Shown piece after piece: positions 1 to 10,422 of a stretch of 64,000 nt of DNA. The stretch covers positions 36,126 through 100,125 of IMG/VR virus record IMGVR_UViG_3300033978_000457. One strand, given 5' to 3'. The notes beneath the pieces are model-generated. The model had not been told where the DNA came from, ran no database searches, and saw nothing but the letters and a program-made list of their open reading frames with translations. Source of the DNA: a virus. How positions within the stretch are numbered: position 1 is the first letter of the stretch; every line of letters begins with the position of its first letter. The translations under genes and the position numbers were made by a program.

Positions 1-182
1 AACCTAAAAATTTGAGTGATTAGTTTCTTACTACCTGGGTTTAGCTTCTGGTTATAGTCTTTGATATCGTCAGCCAGAGGGACTTCCTCTGGCTGCCAAT
101 GCATTCTATTTTGAGCCTTATAATAATCATATGCCCATGGGTAGGAAAAAGGGCGGTAGTATTCTCTGGTTTCTGTTAACAT
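1..182 (-). CDS. nrdB: ribonucleotide reductase class Ia beta subunit, N-terminal part (truncated by window)
   Basis: Manual translation MLTETREYYRPFSYPWAYDYYKAQNRMHWQPEEVPLADDIKD, directly downstream of nrdA. Confidence 0.9.
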   Translation of the reverse strand, partial: MLTETREYYRPFSYPWAYDYYKAQNRMHWQPEEVPLADDIKDYNQKLNPGSKKLITQIFR

Positions 183-185
183 GTG

Positions 186-1973
186 TCAGCCTTCGCACGC
201 TAGACACTCTTGCGTGTCTACTGGTTTACTAAAGTCAAAAGTATGTTTGACTGTAGATTTTGATAGTTTATCTGATTGTCTTTCGGCTTCGGAACGAAGA
301 TAGTAAAGACTCTTAAGCCCTTTTTTCCATGCCAGCAAATGAACATAGTGTAGCTCTTGCTTGCTTACATTCGCTGGGAAGAATAGGTTTATAGACTGAG
401 CCTGGCAGATAAATTCTTGTCTATCCGCAGCTAGTTCAACAAGCCATCTCTGGTCAATTTCCGAAGCTGTTTTAAACACATCTTTTTCCCAATCAGATAG
501 AAACTCAAGATGTTGAACAGAGCCTTTATTTTCTACGATAGAAGCCCATGTCTCATCTGTATTTTTGCCGTGGGCTTCCAGTACTTTTTCTAGATGTTTA
601 TTTTTGTGGGTATTTGTCCCACTCATTGTTTTTTGGTTGTAGGCGTTAGCAGCATACGGTTCCACGCCTGGAGAAGTGTTTCCACATATAATGCTGCTAC
701 TTGCATTGGGAGCAATGGCGAGAAGATGGGCATTACGTACGTTTTCGTAACCTTTTGCGTCTGGGCAGGGGCCTCTTTCGTCTGCGAGTTTTCTTGTTTC
801 TGCATTTGCTTTTTCCTTTATATTAGAAAATATTTTCATATTTATAGATTTAGCCATTGGAGTTTCAATAGGAATGTTCTTACTTTGTAGGTAAGAGTGA
901 AAGCCCATTGCCCCTAGACCCAGTGATCTTTCTCGCATAGCGCTGTAAATCGCTTTGTAGAGTTGCTCAGGAGCGTTATCAATAAAGTGCTGTATAACAT
1001 TGTCCAGCATACGAATAAGATCGCCAATAAAGTATTCATCATTCTTCCATTCGTCAAACTTTTCTACGTTGACGGAAGAAAGACAGCAAACGGCAGTTCT
1101 ATTTGCGTCAGTTGCTAGAGTAATCTCTGTACACAGATTTGATTGACGAACTTTTAAACCTAGCTTACGCTGGTAGTCTGGTAGCGAGTCATTCATTGTA
1201 TCGCCCCATACCATGTAGGGCTCGCCTGTTTCGGCGCGGTTTTGCAAGATTTTAATCCAAAGAGATTTGGCAGATACTGTTTTTGTTACTCTCTTGGATT
1301 TAGGGTCGATAAGCGCCCAAGAATCGTCAAACTCTTCACCTAAAGCTTTAGCTTGTGTGGCGCGTTCAATAATTCTCATAAACTTATCGGAAATTACTAC
1401 GCCATGATGTAGGTTAAGACACGCACGGTTAATGTCACCAGTAGGTCTACGAATGTCTAGGAACTCTTCGATTTCAGGGTGTGAAATATCAAGATAGGCA
1501 GCGTTTGAGCCCCTACGTGTAACGCCCTGTGAGAACGCTAGCATTAGAGAGTCTGTAACTTTCATGAATGGCACTAGTCCGGTTGACTCCGACCCGCTGG
1601 AGGTTTTCTCTCCTGTCGATCTAATATCTCCCCAGTAAGTACCGATTCCTCCTCCCACTGATGAGAGGAAGGCGTCTTCCGTGAAAATTTCTGTAATACC
1701 CTTCCTATTGTCGTCAACATAATTAAGAAAACAAGAAATAGGGAGCCCACGAGAACTGCCACCGTTGCTAAGAAGAGGAGTAGCAAACATAAACCAATGT
1801 AAGCTAGCGTAGTCATAAAGTCTTTGAGCATGTTCCTCATTGTCGGCAAATGTCATCGCTGCTCGCGCAAATGCCTCTTGTGGCGATGTTTCGCCGGGCA
1901 GTAAGTATCTATCTCCTAGTGTTTTGATGCTGAACTCATCCAGCAAATCGTCTCTTTCGTAATTAATTCGCAC
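186..1973 (-). CDS. nrdA: ribonucleotide reductase class Ia alpha subunit
   Basis: ATP.L.NGG, ISCF, SNLCTEI, AIAPNASSS, KSLYY, C-terminal CLACEG. Confidence 0.97.
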   Translation of the reverse strand: MRINYERDDLLDEFSIKTLGDRYLLPGETSPQEAFARAAMTFADNEEHAQRLYDYASLHWFMFATPLLSNGGSSRGLPISCFLNYVDDNRKGITEIFTEDAFLSSVGGGIGTYWGDIRSTGEKTSSGSESTGLVPFMKVTDSLMLAFSQGVTRRGSNAAYLDISHPEIEEFLDIRRPTGDINRACLNLHHGVVISDKFMRIIERATQAKALGEEFDDSWALIDPKSKRVTKTVSAKSLWIKILQNRAETGEPYMVWGDTMNDSLPDYQRKLGLKVRQSNLCTEITLATDANRTAVCCLSSVNVEKFDEWKNDEYFIGDLIRMLDNVIQHFIDNAPEQLYKAIYSAMRERSLGLGAMGFHSYLQSKNIPIETPMAKSINMKIFSNIKEKANAETRKLADERGPCPDAKGYENVRNAHLLAIAPNASSSIICGNTSPGVEPYAANAYNQKTMSGTNTHKNKHLEKVLEAHGKNTDETWASIVENKGSVQHLEFLSDWEKDVFKTASEIDQRWLVELAADRQEFICQAQSINLFFPANVSKQELHYVHLLAWKKGLKSLYYLRSEAERQSDKLSKSTVKHTFDFSKPVDTQECLACEG

Positions 1974-2400
1974 TATAATCCTTTATTAGCTTGCCACGAA
2001 TGTGGTCTACTTCGTGAAGAAAACACCTGGCGTACAAGCCATCTAACTTAGTTTTTATCGTCTTGCCCTTAAGATTTACGTAACTTGCATCAACTGTCTT
2101 AGGCCTAGACAATTTTATACGCTCCCCTGTGCAGGAGAGGCAGCCTTCTAACATAGCCTCTAACTCAAAAGATAGGTGCTCTACTTTAGGGTTTATCATA
2201 TGAACATCCCCTACTATACATAAGGGCATATGAATACCAATTTGTACGGCCGCAATACCCAGCCCCTTTTCTTCTTTCATAACTTTTTCCATTATAGAAA
2301 AGGCTATGTCTATGCTATCTCGATAATCGTGAAACCGTATAGGTTTACTATGATCTACTTTAAGCCTAGGGTCAGGGTAGGTTACTAGAGAATATGCCAT
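1963..2400 (-). CDS. def: peptide deformylase
   Basis: GLGIAAVQIG, EGCLS, HEVDH motifs. Confidence 0.92.
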   Translation of the reverse strand: MAYSLVTYPDPRLKVDHSKPIRFHDYRDSIDIAFSIMEKVMKEEKGLGIAAVQIGIHMPLCIVGDVHMINPKVEHLSFELEAMLEGCLSCTGERIKLSRPKTVDASYVNLKGKTIKTKLDGLYARCFLHEVDHIRGKLIKDYSAN

Positions 2401-3253
2401 TTAATTGTGCTTTCAGCGCGGGGAGTTGCTCCCCAATAGCGTCTACGTGAAAAGACCTGAGATCCATAAGTTCATAAGATAGAAGCATAGAATCTTTTGA
2501 CTTATTTAGATTTTGAATATACGCTGCTTTACCGGGCAGGGGCAGAGCTTCGATAAGATCAAATACCGTACCGTATTCTGCAATAAGTTTAGCAGCACGA
2601 ACTGGTCCTACTCCATCCACTCCTGGAACGTCATCACCCTTGTCTCCAACAAGTGTCTTGAGATGTATATAGTCGTCGGGGCCTACGGGATGTTCCCATG
2701 TATCCACGGTAATTTCTTTGCGCGTAACCGTGGAAAAACGGGATACGTCTTCTTCGATGAGAAGGTCCCAGTCTGCGTCGGAGGAAATAAGCCAGATGGA
2801 ATTGATGTCGAGATTATATTTGTTTTCTACGATGAACGCAGCAATATCATCAGCTTCAACTCCTGGGTATCGAACAAGTGGGATATTACCAAGCTCAGAA
2901 AGTGTTCGCTCATAATAGCCGAAAAATTCTTGAGCAGCTTTTTTCTCTGCTTCAGTTTCTTTCTCGTATTTAAGCTTTCTAGAGCCTTTGTAGCCGGGGT
3001 GCTTTTCTTTACGCCACTTAGAACCCCCTGGACCGTCAGCAACCACCAATATTCGACCGCACTCGTAAGATTTAGCTAGCGAGCGGACTGTGTCAAGGAA
3101 CCCGTCTGGCATATCGGAAGGACGTGAGGCATGTTTCCACCTAAAAGCTAAGTTAAGAGCGTCTACGATTAGTACGTTCTTGGGGTCGCGAGGCTCTGAC
3201 TCGAAGTTTTTAGCCATAGTGTTTCCATTCTTTTTGTAACCATTCTTCACCAA
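2372..3253 (-). CDS. D15: T5 D15-like 5'-3' exonuclease/flap endonuclease
   Basis: IVDALNL, YKG.R, GVEADD, SSDADW, GDKGDDVPGVDGVG; likely start at MAKNFE. Confidence 0.95.
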   Translation of the reverse strand: MVKNGYKKNGNTMAKNFESEPRDPKNVLIVDALNLAFRWKHASRPSDMPDGFLDTVRSLAKSYECGRILVVADGPGGSKWRKEKHPGYKGSRKLKYEKETEAEKKAAQEFFGYYERTLSELGNIPLVRYPGVEADDIAAFIVENKYNLDINSIWLISSDADWDLLIEEDVSRFSTVTRKEITVDTWEHPVGPDDYIHLKTLVGDKGDDVPGVDGVGPVRAAKLIAEYGTVFDLIEALPLPGKAAYIQNLNKSKDSMLLSYELMDLRSFHVDAIGEQLPALKAQLNGIFSSNLP

Positions 3254-3644
3254 GCATAGTATAGCACCCTTTTGCCTTCCAATGCAAGTAGTTTATTACG
3301 GTTCTCGGTTCGCGATCTACAGTAACAAACCATTTAGACCTGTCGTACTTGAAAAACAGTATAGGGGTAGCTGGCACTTGGCTAGCTTGATGAACCAACT
3401 TAGTCCACCACTGGTTTAAATTGTTAGTTGTGTTGGTTAGTATTTTGTCCGATAAAGGACTTTCTTTATAGTTCTTAACCTCAATAATATACCTAGGTTT
3501 TTCATTAGGTATATACAGATCGCCTTTTTGGTACTCAAGAGCCCCAGAAGCAGGGGTTCGTTCCCACTGCATTCCGGTGTGCTCTCTCATCATATCTCTT
3601 ACCGCGTACTCTCCTCTAGCGCCTTTAGCGCGTGCATCAACCAT
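3210..3644 (-). CDS. D14: T5 D14-like PD-(D/E)xK nuclease / resolvase
   Basis: RAKGARGE, ERTPASGA, KGDL, IEVKNY; synteny. Confidence 0.85.
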   Translation of the reverse strand: MVDARAKGARGEYAVRDMMREHTGMQWERTPASGALEYQKGDLYIPNEKPRYIIEVKNYKESPLSDKILTNTTNNLNQWWTKLVHQASQVPATPILFFKYDRSKWFVTVDREPRTVINYLHWKAKGCYTMLGEEWLQKEWKHYG

Positions 3645-5424
3645 TGTTCAACCTTGACTCTCCGTCTTCTTTCGTAACGGTAATCTTTTGGAGCAAGGGG
3701 TGAGACCAACCATGCGATACTAAGAATGTATTCAAGCCCTCTTCCTGTAGTAATACCTCTACTAATCGATCTTTCCCATACTCATCAAGTACGTTCATTA
3801 CCTCGTCTAGAAATAATATGTTTACTTGAGTTTTAGATATGGAATTCATTAATTTTCTAATTGCTAATAGCGTAGCTGTATTAACGCGGGCAAGTTCTCC
3901 ACTAGATAAGGCTGCTACTTCGATCTCTGCTCCGTCATCGGTTAAACTTACGTTTAACTTGTCCGAAGTTATTGAGAATTGTAGGGTAAATCTTCCATCA
4001 GAAAGCTCACCTAAGTAATTGTTCGTGACATTCTCTAAGTCCTTCACGAGGTTTTCTAATTTGTAGGCTACCAACCCATTGGTCGAAAACGCTTTTTTCA
4101 AAATTTCTAATAAACCGAGTTCGGTGTTTGCTGTTTTTAAGCGCTGTTGTACCTTGGCCAGCTCTTCTCTATGCTCGTTTAATTGTTCAAGAATGACCGA
4201 AATTCGTGCATTGTGCTTCTCGGCTTCCATATTATTTTGGATCGCTGCATCGTAAATTTTCTTGTTTCGACCAAGTTCCGCTTCCATTAATATAATGCGC
4301 TGGTTAATCTCGTCAACATCTTCTAGCGTCTTGGTAAGAGTCCTGTCCACTTTTGTGTATAGAGACTCCCATTCATTCTGCTTATTCTTGGCGTCGGCTA
4401 TGAGATTATTCATATTAGTAACTTCTGCTAGCTTAGCAGTTAGTTGCTCTTTTTTAACCCTAGCAGTCTCTAGGCCGTCTAAAGTTATTGACCTGATCTC
4501 TGCTACTTCGATTTTGTTTATATGCTGTAAACACGTAGGACATTTATCATCTAGAGAATCTAGTTTTGCGATTAAAGCTTTGCGACTTTTAATTTCAAAC
4601 TCTAACCCACCTAGCTCGGTGTTGATACTAGAAGTATCCTCTTTTATTTGTCCTACTAAAGTTTTGTCGAAAGATATGCTTTTTAGTATCTCTGTTAGCT
4701 TGTTATTGGACTCTATCTTTTTATTGGTTTCCTTGGCTCTATTGATTCTGTCTTTTAGACTCCAAAGTTCCTCATTTGCTGGAACTTCAGGTACTAGCAT
4801 CATATCTTTTTTGTCTGGTAGATTTTCATTCTTCTTTATCCAGCTAGATAGGGAATTAATTTGACCCTCTATACGTGCTACAGCTGTTACTGTTTCGGAT
4901 ACAATTTCCTTAAACATAGCATGATAAGAATCATATTCATTTAACCCAAATAGATCAATAAGAAACTTTTTTCTATTGGTATCTGTTGCAGTTAAAAATG
5001 ATAGCCCCTCTGTAGTGCTTTGGTATATAAGGGGTACGAATGTTTTAAAATCCATACCTATTAAAGATTCAATAGTTTTAAAAGTTTCTGTAGCTGTGTG
5101 GGAGCTTATGTCTTCTCCATTCTCAGTCAGTTTAACTTTCAGTGTACCTTTACGTGTTATCTGAATTACATAGTGCTTACCGTTTAAGGTAAAAGGTAGC
5201 TTAATCCAATACGAACCATCTCCTAGCCTATTAGGTATGTCTGCTTTCTTAATACCTTTTGAGTTTTTATTAAAGAAAGCTTCCTGAATGATTAAGGCAA
5301 TAGAAGACTTGCCTGCTCCATTCTCGCCCAATAGTTGGGTAATATTGCTTCCGTTTAGTTTAATAGAGTTGTTGTCCCCGTAGCTGAAAGCGCCACCCCA
5401 ACTAACTTCTTCCATGATAAGCAT
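3637..5424 (-). CDS. D13: SbcC/Rad50-like ATPase (T5 D13)
   Basis: GENGAGKS, CPTC zinc hook, LSSGE, FLDE. Confidence 0.95.
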   Translation of the reverse strand: MLIMEEVSWGGAFSYGDNNSIKLNGSNITQLLGENGAGKSSIALIIQEAFFNKNSKGIKKADIPNRLGDGSYWIKLPFTLNGKHYVIQITRKGTLKVKLTENGEDISSHTATETFKTIESLIGMDFKTFVPLIYQSTTEGLSFLTATDTNRKKFLIDLFGLNEYDSYHAMFKEIVSETVTAVARIEGQINSLSSWIKKNENLPDKKDMMLVPEVPANEELWSLKDRINRAKETNKKIESNNKLTEILKSISFDKTLVGQIKEDTSSINTELGGLEFEIKSRKALIAKLDSLDDKCPTCLQHINKIEVAEIRSITLDGLETARVKKEQLTAKLAEVTNMNNLIADAKNKQNEWESLYTKVDRTLTKTLEDVDEINQRIILMEAELGRNKKIYDAAIQNNMEAEKHNARISVILEQLNEHREELAKVQQRLKTANTELGLLEILKKAFSTNGLVAYKLENLVKDLENVTNNYLGELSDGRFTLQFSITSDKLNVSLTDDGAEIEVAALSSGELARVNTATLLAIRKLMNSISKTQVNILFLDEVMNVLDEYGKDRLVEVLLQEEGLNTFLVSHGWSHPLLQKITVTKEDGESRLNNG

Positions 5425-6343
5425 TGAAAATCTCCAAAACAGCGCTTCTTGTATCAGCAGGTAGTTTTAAGACTTCTTCCAGATATATGTCTAATTCTTC
5501 TGGTATAGTCTTATCCATTAGATTGATAGTTACTTCTGTATTTCTCTTAACTATCTTTTTGTCTAATAGGTCTGAATGTTCTACTGTACTTAATTGCTGG
5601 AGGTCGCCCTCTATTTCATAAATTGTGTGGTCATACTTAGTTGGAATCATCTCTTCCGAACTAGATACTGTTTTTCTTATTAACTGTGGCAGATCAAATT
5701 TATGCCAAGTCCATTTTGTTAGATCATCTTCATCTATAAGTATGTACCCTGTTTCCACGTTATTTCTATGGAAACTTGTAGTCATTGGGCTGCCGGGGTA
5801 AACAATATTACGCTGACTATTGCTATGACTATGCAAATCCCCCGCGTATACAATAGGAAATCTTGCGAATTTTTCAAGGTCCACCTCTGGTTTGACATGG
5901 GGAGGAATCTCACCTCTTACGTGGGTAAAAATAGCGTGTTCTGGCAAAGCTTCAATCGCACCTTTTTTATGTAAATCTTCATAAGGTAAAATACTAAATC
6001 GATTGTACGGATCAGTATATGTACCTATTAGTACCTTTACTTTAGGATTTAAAGCGCTAACTACATCTACTAAAGAAGAAAAGAAAGTCTCATTCTTCTT
6101 AGTGGCTTCATGGTTGCCAGAATAACATATAGTTTCTTCGGTACATTGTTGAACAAATTTAAAGAATATACCAAGTTCTGCTAATGAAGGTAATTTATCG
6201 AAAATATCTCCACCTACAATATGCAGGGAGTGTGGTATTTTTGTGAGCTGTTCTAGAAATAAATTATACCTATTGACTGCCCAGTCAACAGGTACATTTT
6301 TTTGCCCTAATTTTATGTGTATATCGGCAGTAAATAATATCAT
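5402..6343 (-). CDS. D12: SbcD/Mre11-like nuclease (T5 D12)
   Basis: ADIH, GGDIFD, GNHE, GDLH, YPGSP. Confidence 0.95.
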   Translation of the reverse strand: MILFTADIHIKLGQKNVPVDWAVNRYNLFLEQLTKIPHSLHIVGGDIFDKLPSLAELGIFFKFVQQCTEETICYSGNHEATKKNETFFSSLVDVVSALNPKVKVLIGTYTDPYNRFSILPYEDLHKKGAIEALPEHAIFTHVRGEIPPHVKPEVDLEKFARFPIVYAGDLHSHSNSQRNIVYPGSPMTTSFHRNNVETGYILIDEDDLTKWTWHKFDLPQLIRKTVSSSEEMIPTKYDHTIYEIEGDLQQLSTVEHSDLLDKKIVKRNTEVTINLMDKTIPEELDIYLEEVLKLPADTRSAVLEIFNAYHGRS

Positions 6344-6359
6344 GGTACCCTTAGGTTAG

Positions 6360-6390
6360 AAAAGGCGGGCCCGAAAGCCCGCCTCTCTGT
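6360..6390. terminator. intrinsic terminator after D11
   Basis: GGCGGGC-ccgaaa/GCCCGCC hairpin with T run on the minus strand. Confidence 0.75.
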
Positions 6391-7041
6391 TTAGCTAAAA
6401 TCAGCCGGGATCTCGTCATCCACAGCTTCGCCGGCTTTACCAGTCGGAGCGCCTGCACGAAGATTATCAAGGTACTTCTTGATATCTTCCGGAGGGGCAC
6501 GCTTGAGAACTTCATCAATAGTAGGATGAGTTTCAAACATAGCTGCAATCTCAGCAGCTAGCGGGCCTTTGCTCTTGCTGCACTTCATTTGCTGAAGTGT
6601 GTATTCTACGTTGAACACCTTGGGGCCTGTTTTCGCTTTTGTGAAAACAATTTCCCAGCCGTCTTTGATGCTGCCGGGGTCGCCTAGGTCTTCTACAAGA
6701 CTTACGATAGTATTGAAAAGTTTCTTCTTGTGGTTGAAAATCAAGACCTTAGTTGGGTCTTTCATATCTACACAAAGGCTTGCGTAAGCCCAGTCAGCCT
6801 TAATATCGGGGTAGTATTCTTTAACATGGTCTTTCTCCTTATTATCGAACTTCTCCGTGTCACGATTGAACGCCAGACACTCTACAGGCGATTTCGCCCC
6901 GTCCGCGTTAGGAATCCAATAGATATAACGGCCTAGAACGCCTCCAACAATACGGATACGGTTTTCACCGTCTCTCATTTTGTAGCTTGGTACTTTCTCG
7001 CGCTCTGCTTCGCCTTTTACTGTATTAAATGATAGTGCCAT
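6391..7041 (-). CDS. D11: T5 D11-like ssDNA-binding protein
   Basis: Synteny; RIVGGVLGRYIYW, ECLAFNR, acidic tail. Confidence 0.85.
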   Translation of the reverse strand: MALSFNTVKGEAEREKVPSYKMRDGENRIRIVGGVLGRYIYWIPNADGAKSPVECLAFNRDTEKFDNKEKDHVKEYYPDIKADWAYASLCVDMKDPTKVLIFNHKKKLFNTIVSLVEDLGDPGSIKDGWEIVFTKAKTGPKVFNVEYTLQQMKCSKSKGPLAAEIAAMFETHPTIDEVLKRAPPEDIKKYLDNLRAGAPTGKAGEAVDDEIPADFS

Positions 7042-7045
7042 TGTT

Positions 7046-7453
7046 TTATCCTTGTTCGTACATAAAGTGTACTGCTGTATTGGTTATTGTTAATAGTTGG
7101 TTTTTTTCGGGTATAAAAGGTGCTAACCTAATATCCAGGGTAGTTTCTTTAGTCAATAGATATTCAGCTAATGATCGTCTACTAGCTAGCGCGATGTACT
7201 CTACTATTTCTTTTATAGGTATTTCATATTTTTTTACTAGCAGCTTTTCAGGTTCTAATAAAAAAGATAGTCCGTCAAAATCTTTCCAATAATATGGATT
7301 TAATCTTTTCTGTTGTCGTGTGGGCATACCCGTAGGCCAAGTAATAGCAGACATAATCTTAATGATTTCAGTGCTATTGCCTTCGGAAAGCTTTTTTACT
7401 CTTGACCAGTCGAATTGAATCATAAGTATAGCACAGCCTCTCGACAAAGTCAA
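7046..7453 (-). CDS. conserved T5-like hypothetical protein between D10 and D11
   Basis: ORF and synteny; EYIALASRRS; likely start near MIQFDW. Confidence 0.65.
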   Translation of the reverse strand: MTLSRGCAILMIQFDWSRVKKLSEGNSTEIIKIMSAITWPTGMPTRQQKRLNPYYWKDFDGLSFLLEPEKLLVKKYEIPIKEIVEYIALASRRSLAEYLLTKETTLDIRLAPFIPEKNQLLTITNTAVHFMYEQG

Positions 7454-7463
7454 GGTTAATTTT

Positions 7464-8741
7464 TTAGAGGTCTATAACCTCATAACCAGCTCTCATAAAA
7501 TAGCCTTTCATGAGTTGTTGCTGCTTCTCTACAGTTTTTCCTATTAAAAGCGGCATCACTACAACTGGGTTTATCTTACCTTCTTGCTTTCGAATCACGC
7601 GCCCTATTAACTGATCCAGTAATGGTTCGTTATTAATAGGGGTGGCAATTATCAGGCAACTTAAGTAATTTTCTGACACACCCTCCGCAAAAATACTCAA
7701 GCTACCATATAGGACGCTATGTGAGCCGTCTCGCATTTTCTCAAGTTGTTTGCCCCTATCTTTTGTAGTGCCGGTAATAAGCACACTTTTAGGGGTTATA
7801 TCGTGGGCTCTTTCTACCAACTTAGTTCTGTTTGAAAGAACTAATACTTTGTGCCCTTTAGCAACGTAACTTGCCGCCATCAGAGCTATTGTTCGTTGGT
7901 AGACTTCGTTATCGGCTAGATCATTTATCTTTACAGCCCAAGGCTGTTCTCCGTCTGCTACTCGTATAGGAAGTTTTACTCGATGAATAGTTGGCACCAT
8001 TCTATTCTCTTCTTCAGGTTTGAATACTTTCTTACTGAAGTAGTCTGGGAATAGTACGTGCAGACCATCTTTACGCTTTGCCGAAGCAGACAACCCTATC
8101 TTGTAAAAGGCATGACTTGCATCAATAAGAGCAGAAAAAGTCCTAGAAGGAATATGGTGGCACTCGTCCACAATAATAGTGCCGAATGACTTATTAATCT
8201 TATCCCCAGCAACTCTATAAAGAGTTTGTATGTTACCAATACTAATAGGCATATTGATATTAAAACGACCACTACCAATAATGCTAGGAGTAAATCCATA
8301 TACTTTTTCGCATTCAGCTATCCACTGATCTCGCAGAGCAAGAGTATGCACTATAACTAGTGTTCTCTGCTCTAGCTTGCCCGCAATTTTTAGTCCTGTA
8401 AAAGTTTTCCCCCAACTTGTATTAGCGTTAATAAAACAGTCAGAAGCTACGTGATCGTGTACAGCGGCTTGATTTGGTCTCAGATCCCATAGAAAAGGCG
8501 GGAAGTCAACAAAATCTAGATAGCGTCTATTAACAATCTCGTAGTCTTCTGGTATTAGGTCCATTCTACCGCTAGGTATGGACATTAGTCCATCTTTTAT
8601 TATCCTAGCATTAGTTAGTATTTTAGGGGGTAGATCATCTCTGTACTGGGGTATCTTATAAGTAAGGGAACGCAGTAAGTGGCTTTGAAGCTCTGGATTA
8701 ACTTCTAGGAATATTCTATTTGTTAAAACTGCTTTTGCCAT
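7464..8741 (-). CDS. D10: SF2 helicase (T5 D10)
   Basis: SWGKT, VDECHH, LSAS, QLIGRVIR. Confidence 0.93.
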   Translation of the reverse strand: MAKAVLTNRIFLEVNPELQSHLLRSLTYKIPQYRDDLPPKILTNARIIKDGLMSIPSGRMDLIPEDYEIVNRRYLDFVDFPPFLWDLRPNQAAVHDHVASDCFINANTSWGKTFTGLKIAGKLEQRTLVIVHTLALRDQWIAECEKVYGFTPSIIGSGRFNINMPISIGNIQTLYRVAGDKINKSFGTIIVDECHHIPSRTFSALIDASHAFYKIGLSASAKRKDGLHVLFPDYFSKKVFKPEEENRMVPTIHRVKLPIRVADGEQPWAVKINDLADNEVYQRTIALMAASYVAKGHKVLVLSNRTKLVERAHDITPKSVLITGTTKDRGKQLEKMRDGSHSVLYGSLSIFAEGVSENYLSCLIIATPINNEPLLDQLIGRVIRKQEGKINPVVVMPLLIGKTVEKQQQLMKGYFMRAGYEVIDL

Positions 8742-8745
8742 GATG

Positions 8746-9231
8746 TTACGTATAAAATACGTGGTCTCCTATAACGACTGTTTTTTCTTTTCCCCACTTG
8801 GGAGAGACGTAGTCAGCGTGGTAATATTTAGCACCGAGGGTAACATCAGTAGGATTTTCTAAAATTGCAATTGCAACGTAGGTTGCAAGCTGGATTGCTT
8901 TTTCTTCCTTCATAATGTCTTTTTTACCGTCGCAGAACCAAGAGAACTGACAACCATTTTTATTTTTTTGCTTTATTACTTGGCATATATCATCAGGAAA
9001 TTGAGGGTCCTTTGTACGATTTAGAACAACTTCCGCTACCGCAAATTGACCCTCAATAGGTTGATTTCTAGCCTCGAAGTATATGTTTTGTGTTAGACAC
9101 TCTATATCTTCTTCTTTATACTGTGGCTCCGTTACTGTAGGAGGAGCTATCTGCTCTTTTACAAACGCATAGTTTGGCGTCCCCGAGCATGCCGCTAACA
9201 GTAATAGGAGTATCAGGCTTAATGTTTTCAT
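8746..9231 (-). CDS. SleB/Hydrolase_2 cell-wall hydrolase with lipoprotein signal
   Basis: LAAC lipobox, CL..NIYFEAR, VVLNR, QFSW, YYHA, IGDHVFY. Confidence 0.9.
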   Translation of the reverse strand: MKTLSLILLLLLAACSGTPNYAFVKEQIAPPTVTEPQYKEEDIECLTQNIYFEARNQPIEGQFAVAEVVLNRTKDPQFPDDICQVIKQKNKNGCQFSWFCDGKKDIMKEEKAIQLATYVAIAILENPTDVTLGAKYYHADYVSPKWGKEKTVVIGDHVFYT

Positions 9232-9871
9232 TGATTTTATGTTTTTCCGTTAGGTAGCGCTTTACAAGCTCACTTCTAACTATATCTTCAACTCCAAACT
9301 CTACTACATCGAACAGGTCTGGCATTTTTTGAAGAATATTCATAAAAGGCTTTAAACCATTAGTTACTAAGTCGGCCTGCCCGGCGTCTCCGCTAAAAGC
9401 AATATTACAATTCTTACCAAGTCTAGTAATAATGGAGTCTAACTCGTGGAAGCTCATGTTTTGAAACTCGTCCACTATCAGAAAAGAATTTTCTGTGTTA
9501 ATTCCTCTTATGAATGAGGTTGATACGAACTCTACTTTTTTCTGTCTTTTAAGCATAGCATACGCGTCGTCTCTTTGGTATAGTTGCGATGCTAAATCCA
9601 TATAAGGTGCTTCATATACTTTAGTTTTATCTGAAGCCGATCCTGGTAGGAACCCTATATTTCTCGTAGGCACAGCGCTACGCATAATAATAACTTTTTC
9701 TTTCCGCTGGGCTTGTACTTCTACTAAGGCTCTATATAGAACTAGTAGAGTTTTTCCAGTGCCGGCAGCCCCATGGACTACTAAGTTTTTATTTGAGGCT
9801 AAAACCTCTTTTTGCCTTGGATTCAAGGCTTTAATGCGAGATAACTGTAAGTTACCATTTGGTGAACTCAT
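9116..9871 (-). CDS. phoH: PhoH-like ATPase
   Basis: GAAGTGKT, IGFLPG, FIRG, VDEFQN, GDAGQADL, DIVRS. Confidence 0.93.
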   Translation of the reverse strand: MSSPNGNLQLSRIKALNPRQKEVLASNKNLVVHGAAGTGKTLLVLYRALVEVQAQRKEKVIIMRSAVPTRNIGFLPGSASDKTKVYEAPYMDLASQLYQRDDAYAMLKRQKKVEFVSTSFIRGINTENSFLIVDEFQNMSFHELDSIITRLGKNCNIAFSGDAGQADLVTNGLKPFMNILQKMPDLFDVVEFGVEDIVRSELVKRYLTEKHKINENIKPDTPITVSGMLGDAKLCVCKRADSSSYSNGATV

Positions 9872-10422
9872 TATACTTTCTTCCGGGTTGGTTTTTCCCA
9901 TTCGTACATTATATTATATAACTTCCAAGGAAGGCCTTTATAATACAACATCTGGGCAAATGACCCGACTGGGGGTCTACTAACTAATACTGGAAAGTTT
10001 ATTCCTTCCAAAATTATCAACGAGTAGAAGTCTTTGTAGATAATATTGTCTATCTTGTGACAGACAAGTTCCTGCATCGACGTTCGTCTATAGTTAAATA
10101 CAGACCCTAGGTTATCTATGTACCAGGACTTGGTACTAGCGGTGTCTTTAATAAGCTCTATAACATCTCCGCGGTGTTTTGAGAGCCTATACATTGGGTG
10201 AGGGCTAAGTAGTCTTCTAGCCCCCAGGGTAGCTACGGAGATGTTTCTATCGTCTACTATATTCCCGCCTACAAAGGTTAAACCATCAACCGTTAGGGGT
10301 TCTTGGTCTACTTTCCAGACGGGATAGTTGACTTTATGCAGCGATCTTATCGTCCTCTCCAAAGAACTTCTCCTCAAATCCGCCTTCAGAATAGTCATCT
10401 GAAATACTGAATTCACATCCAA
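9871..10422 (-). CDS. conserved T5-like hypothetical protein following DNA polymerase
   Basis: IVDDRN...LGARRL motif; synteny; start uncertain. Confidence 0.65.
   Translation of the reverse strand: MDVNSVFQMTILKADLRRSSLERTIRSLHKVNYPVWKVDQEPLTVDGLTFVGGNIVDDRNISVATLGARRLLSPHPMYRLSKHRGDVIELIKDTASTKSWYIDNLGSVFNYRRTSMQELVCHKIDNIIYKDFYSLIILEGINFPVLVSRPPVGSFAQMLYYKGLPWKLYNIMYEWEKPTRKKV

Noticed and set aside
9116-9231. 116-nt PhoH/SleB overlap as programmed frameshift
   Set aside because: No slippery site evident; most simply a run-on PhoH tail
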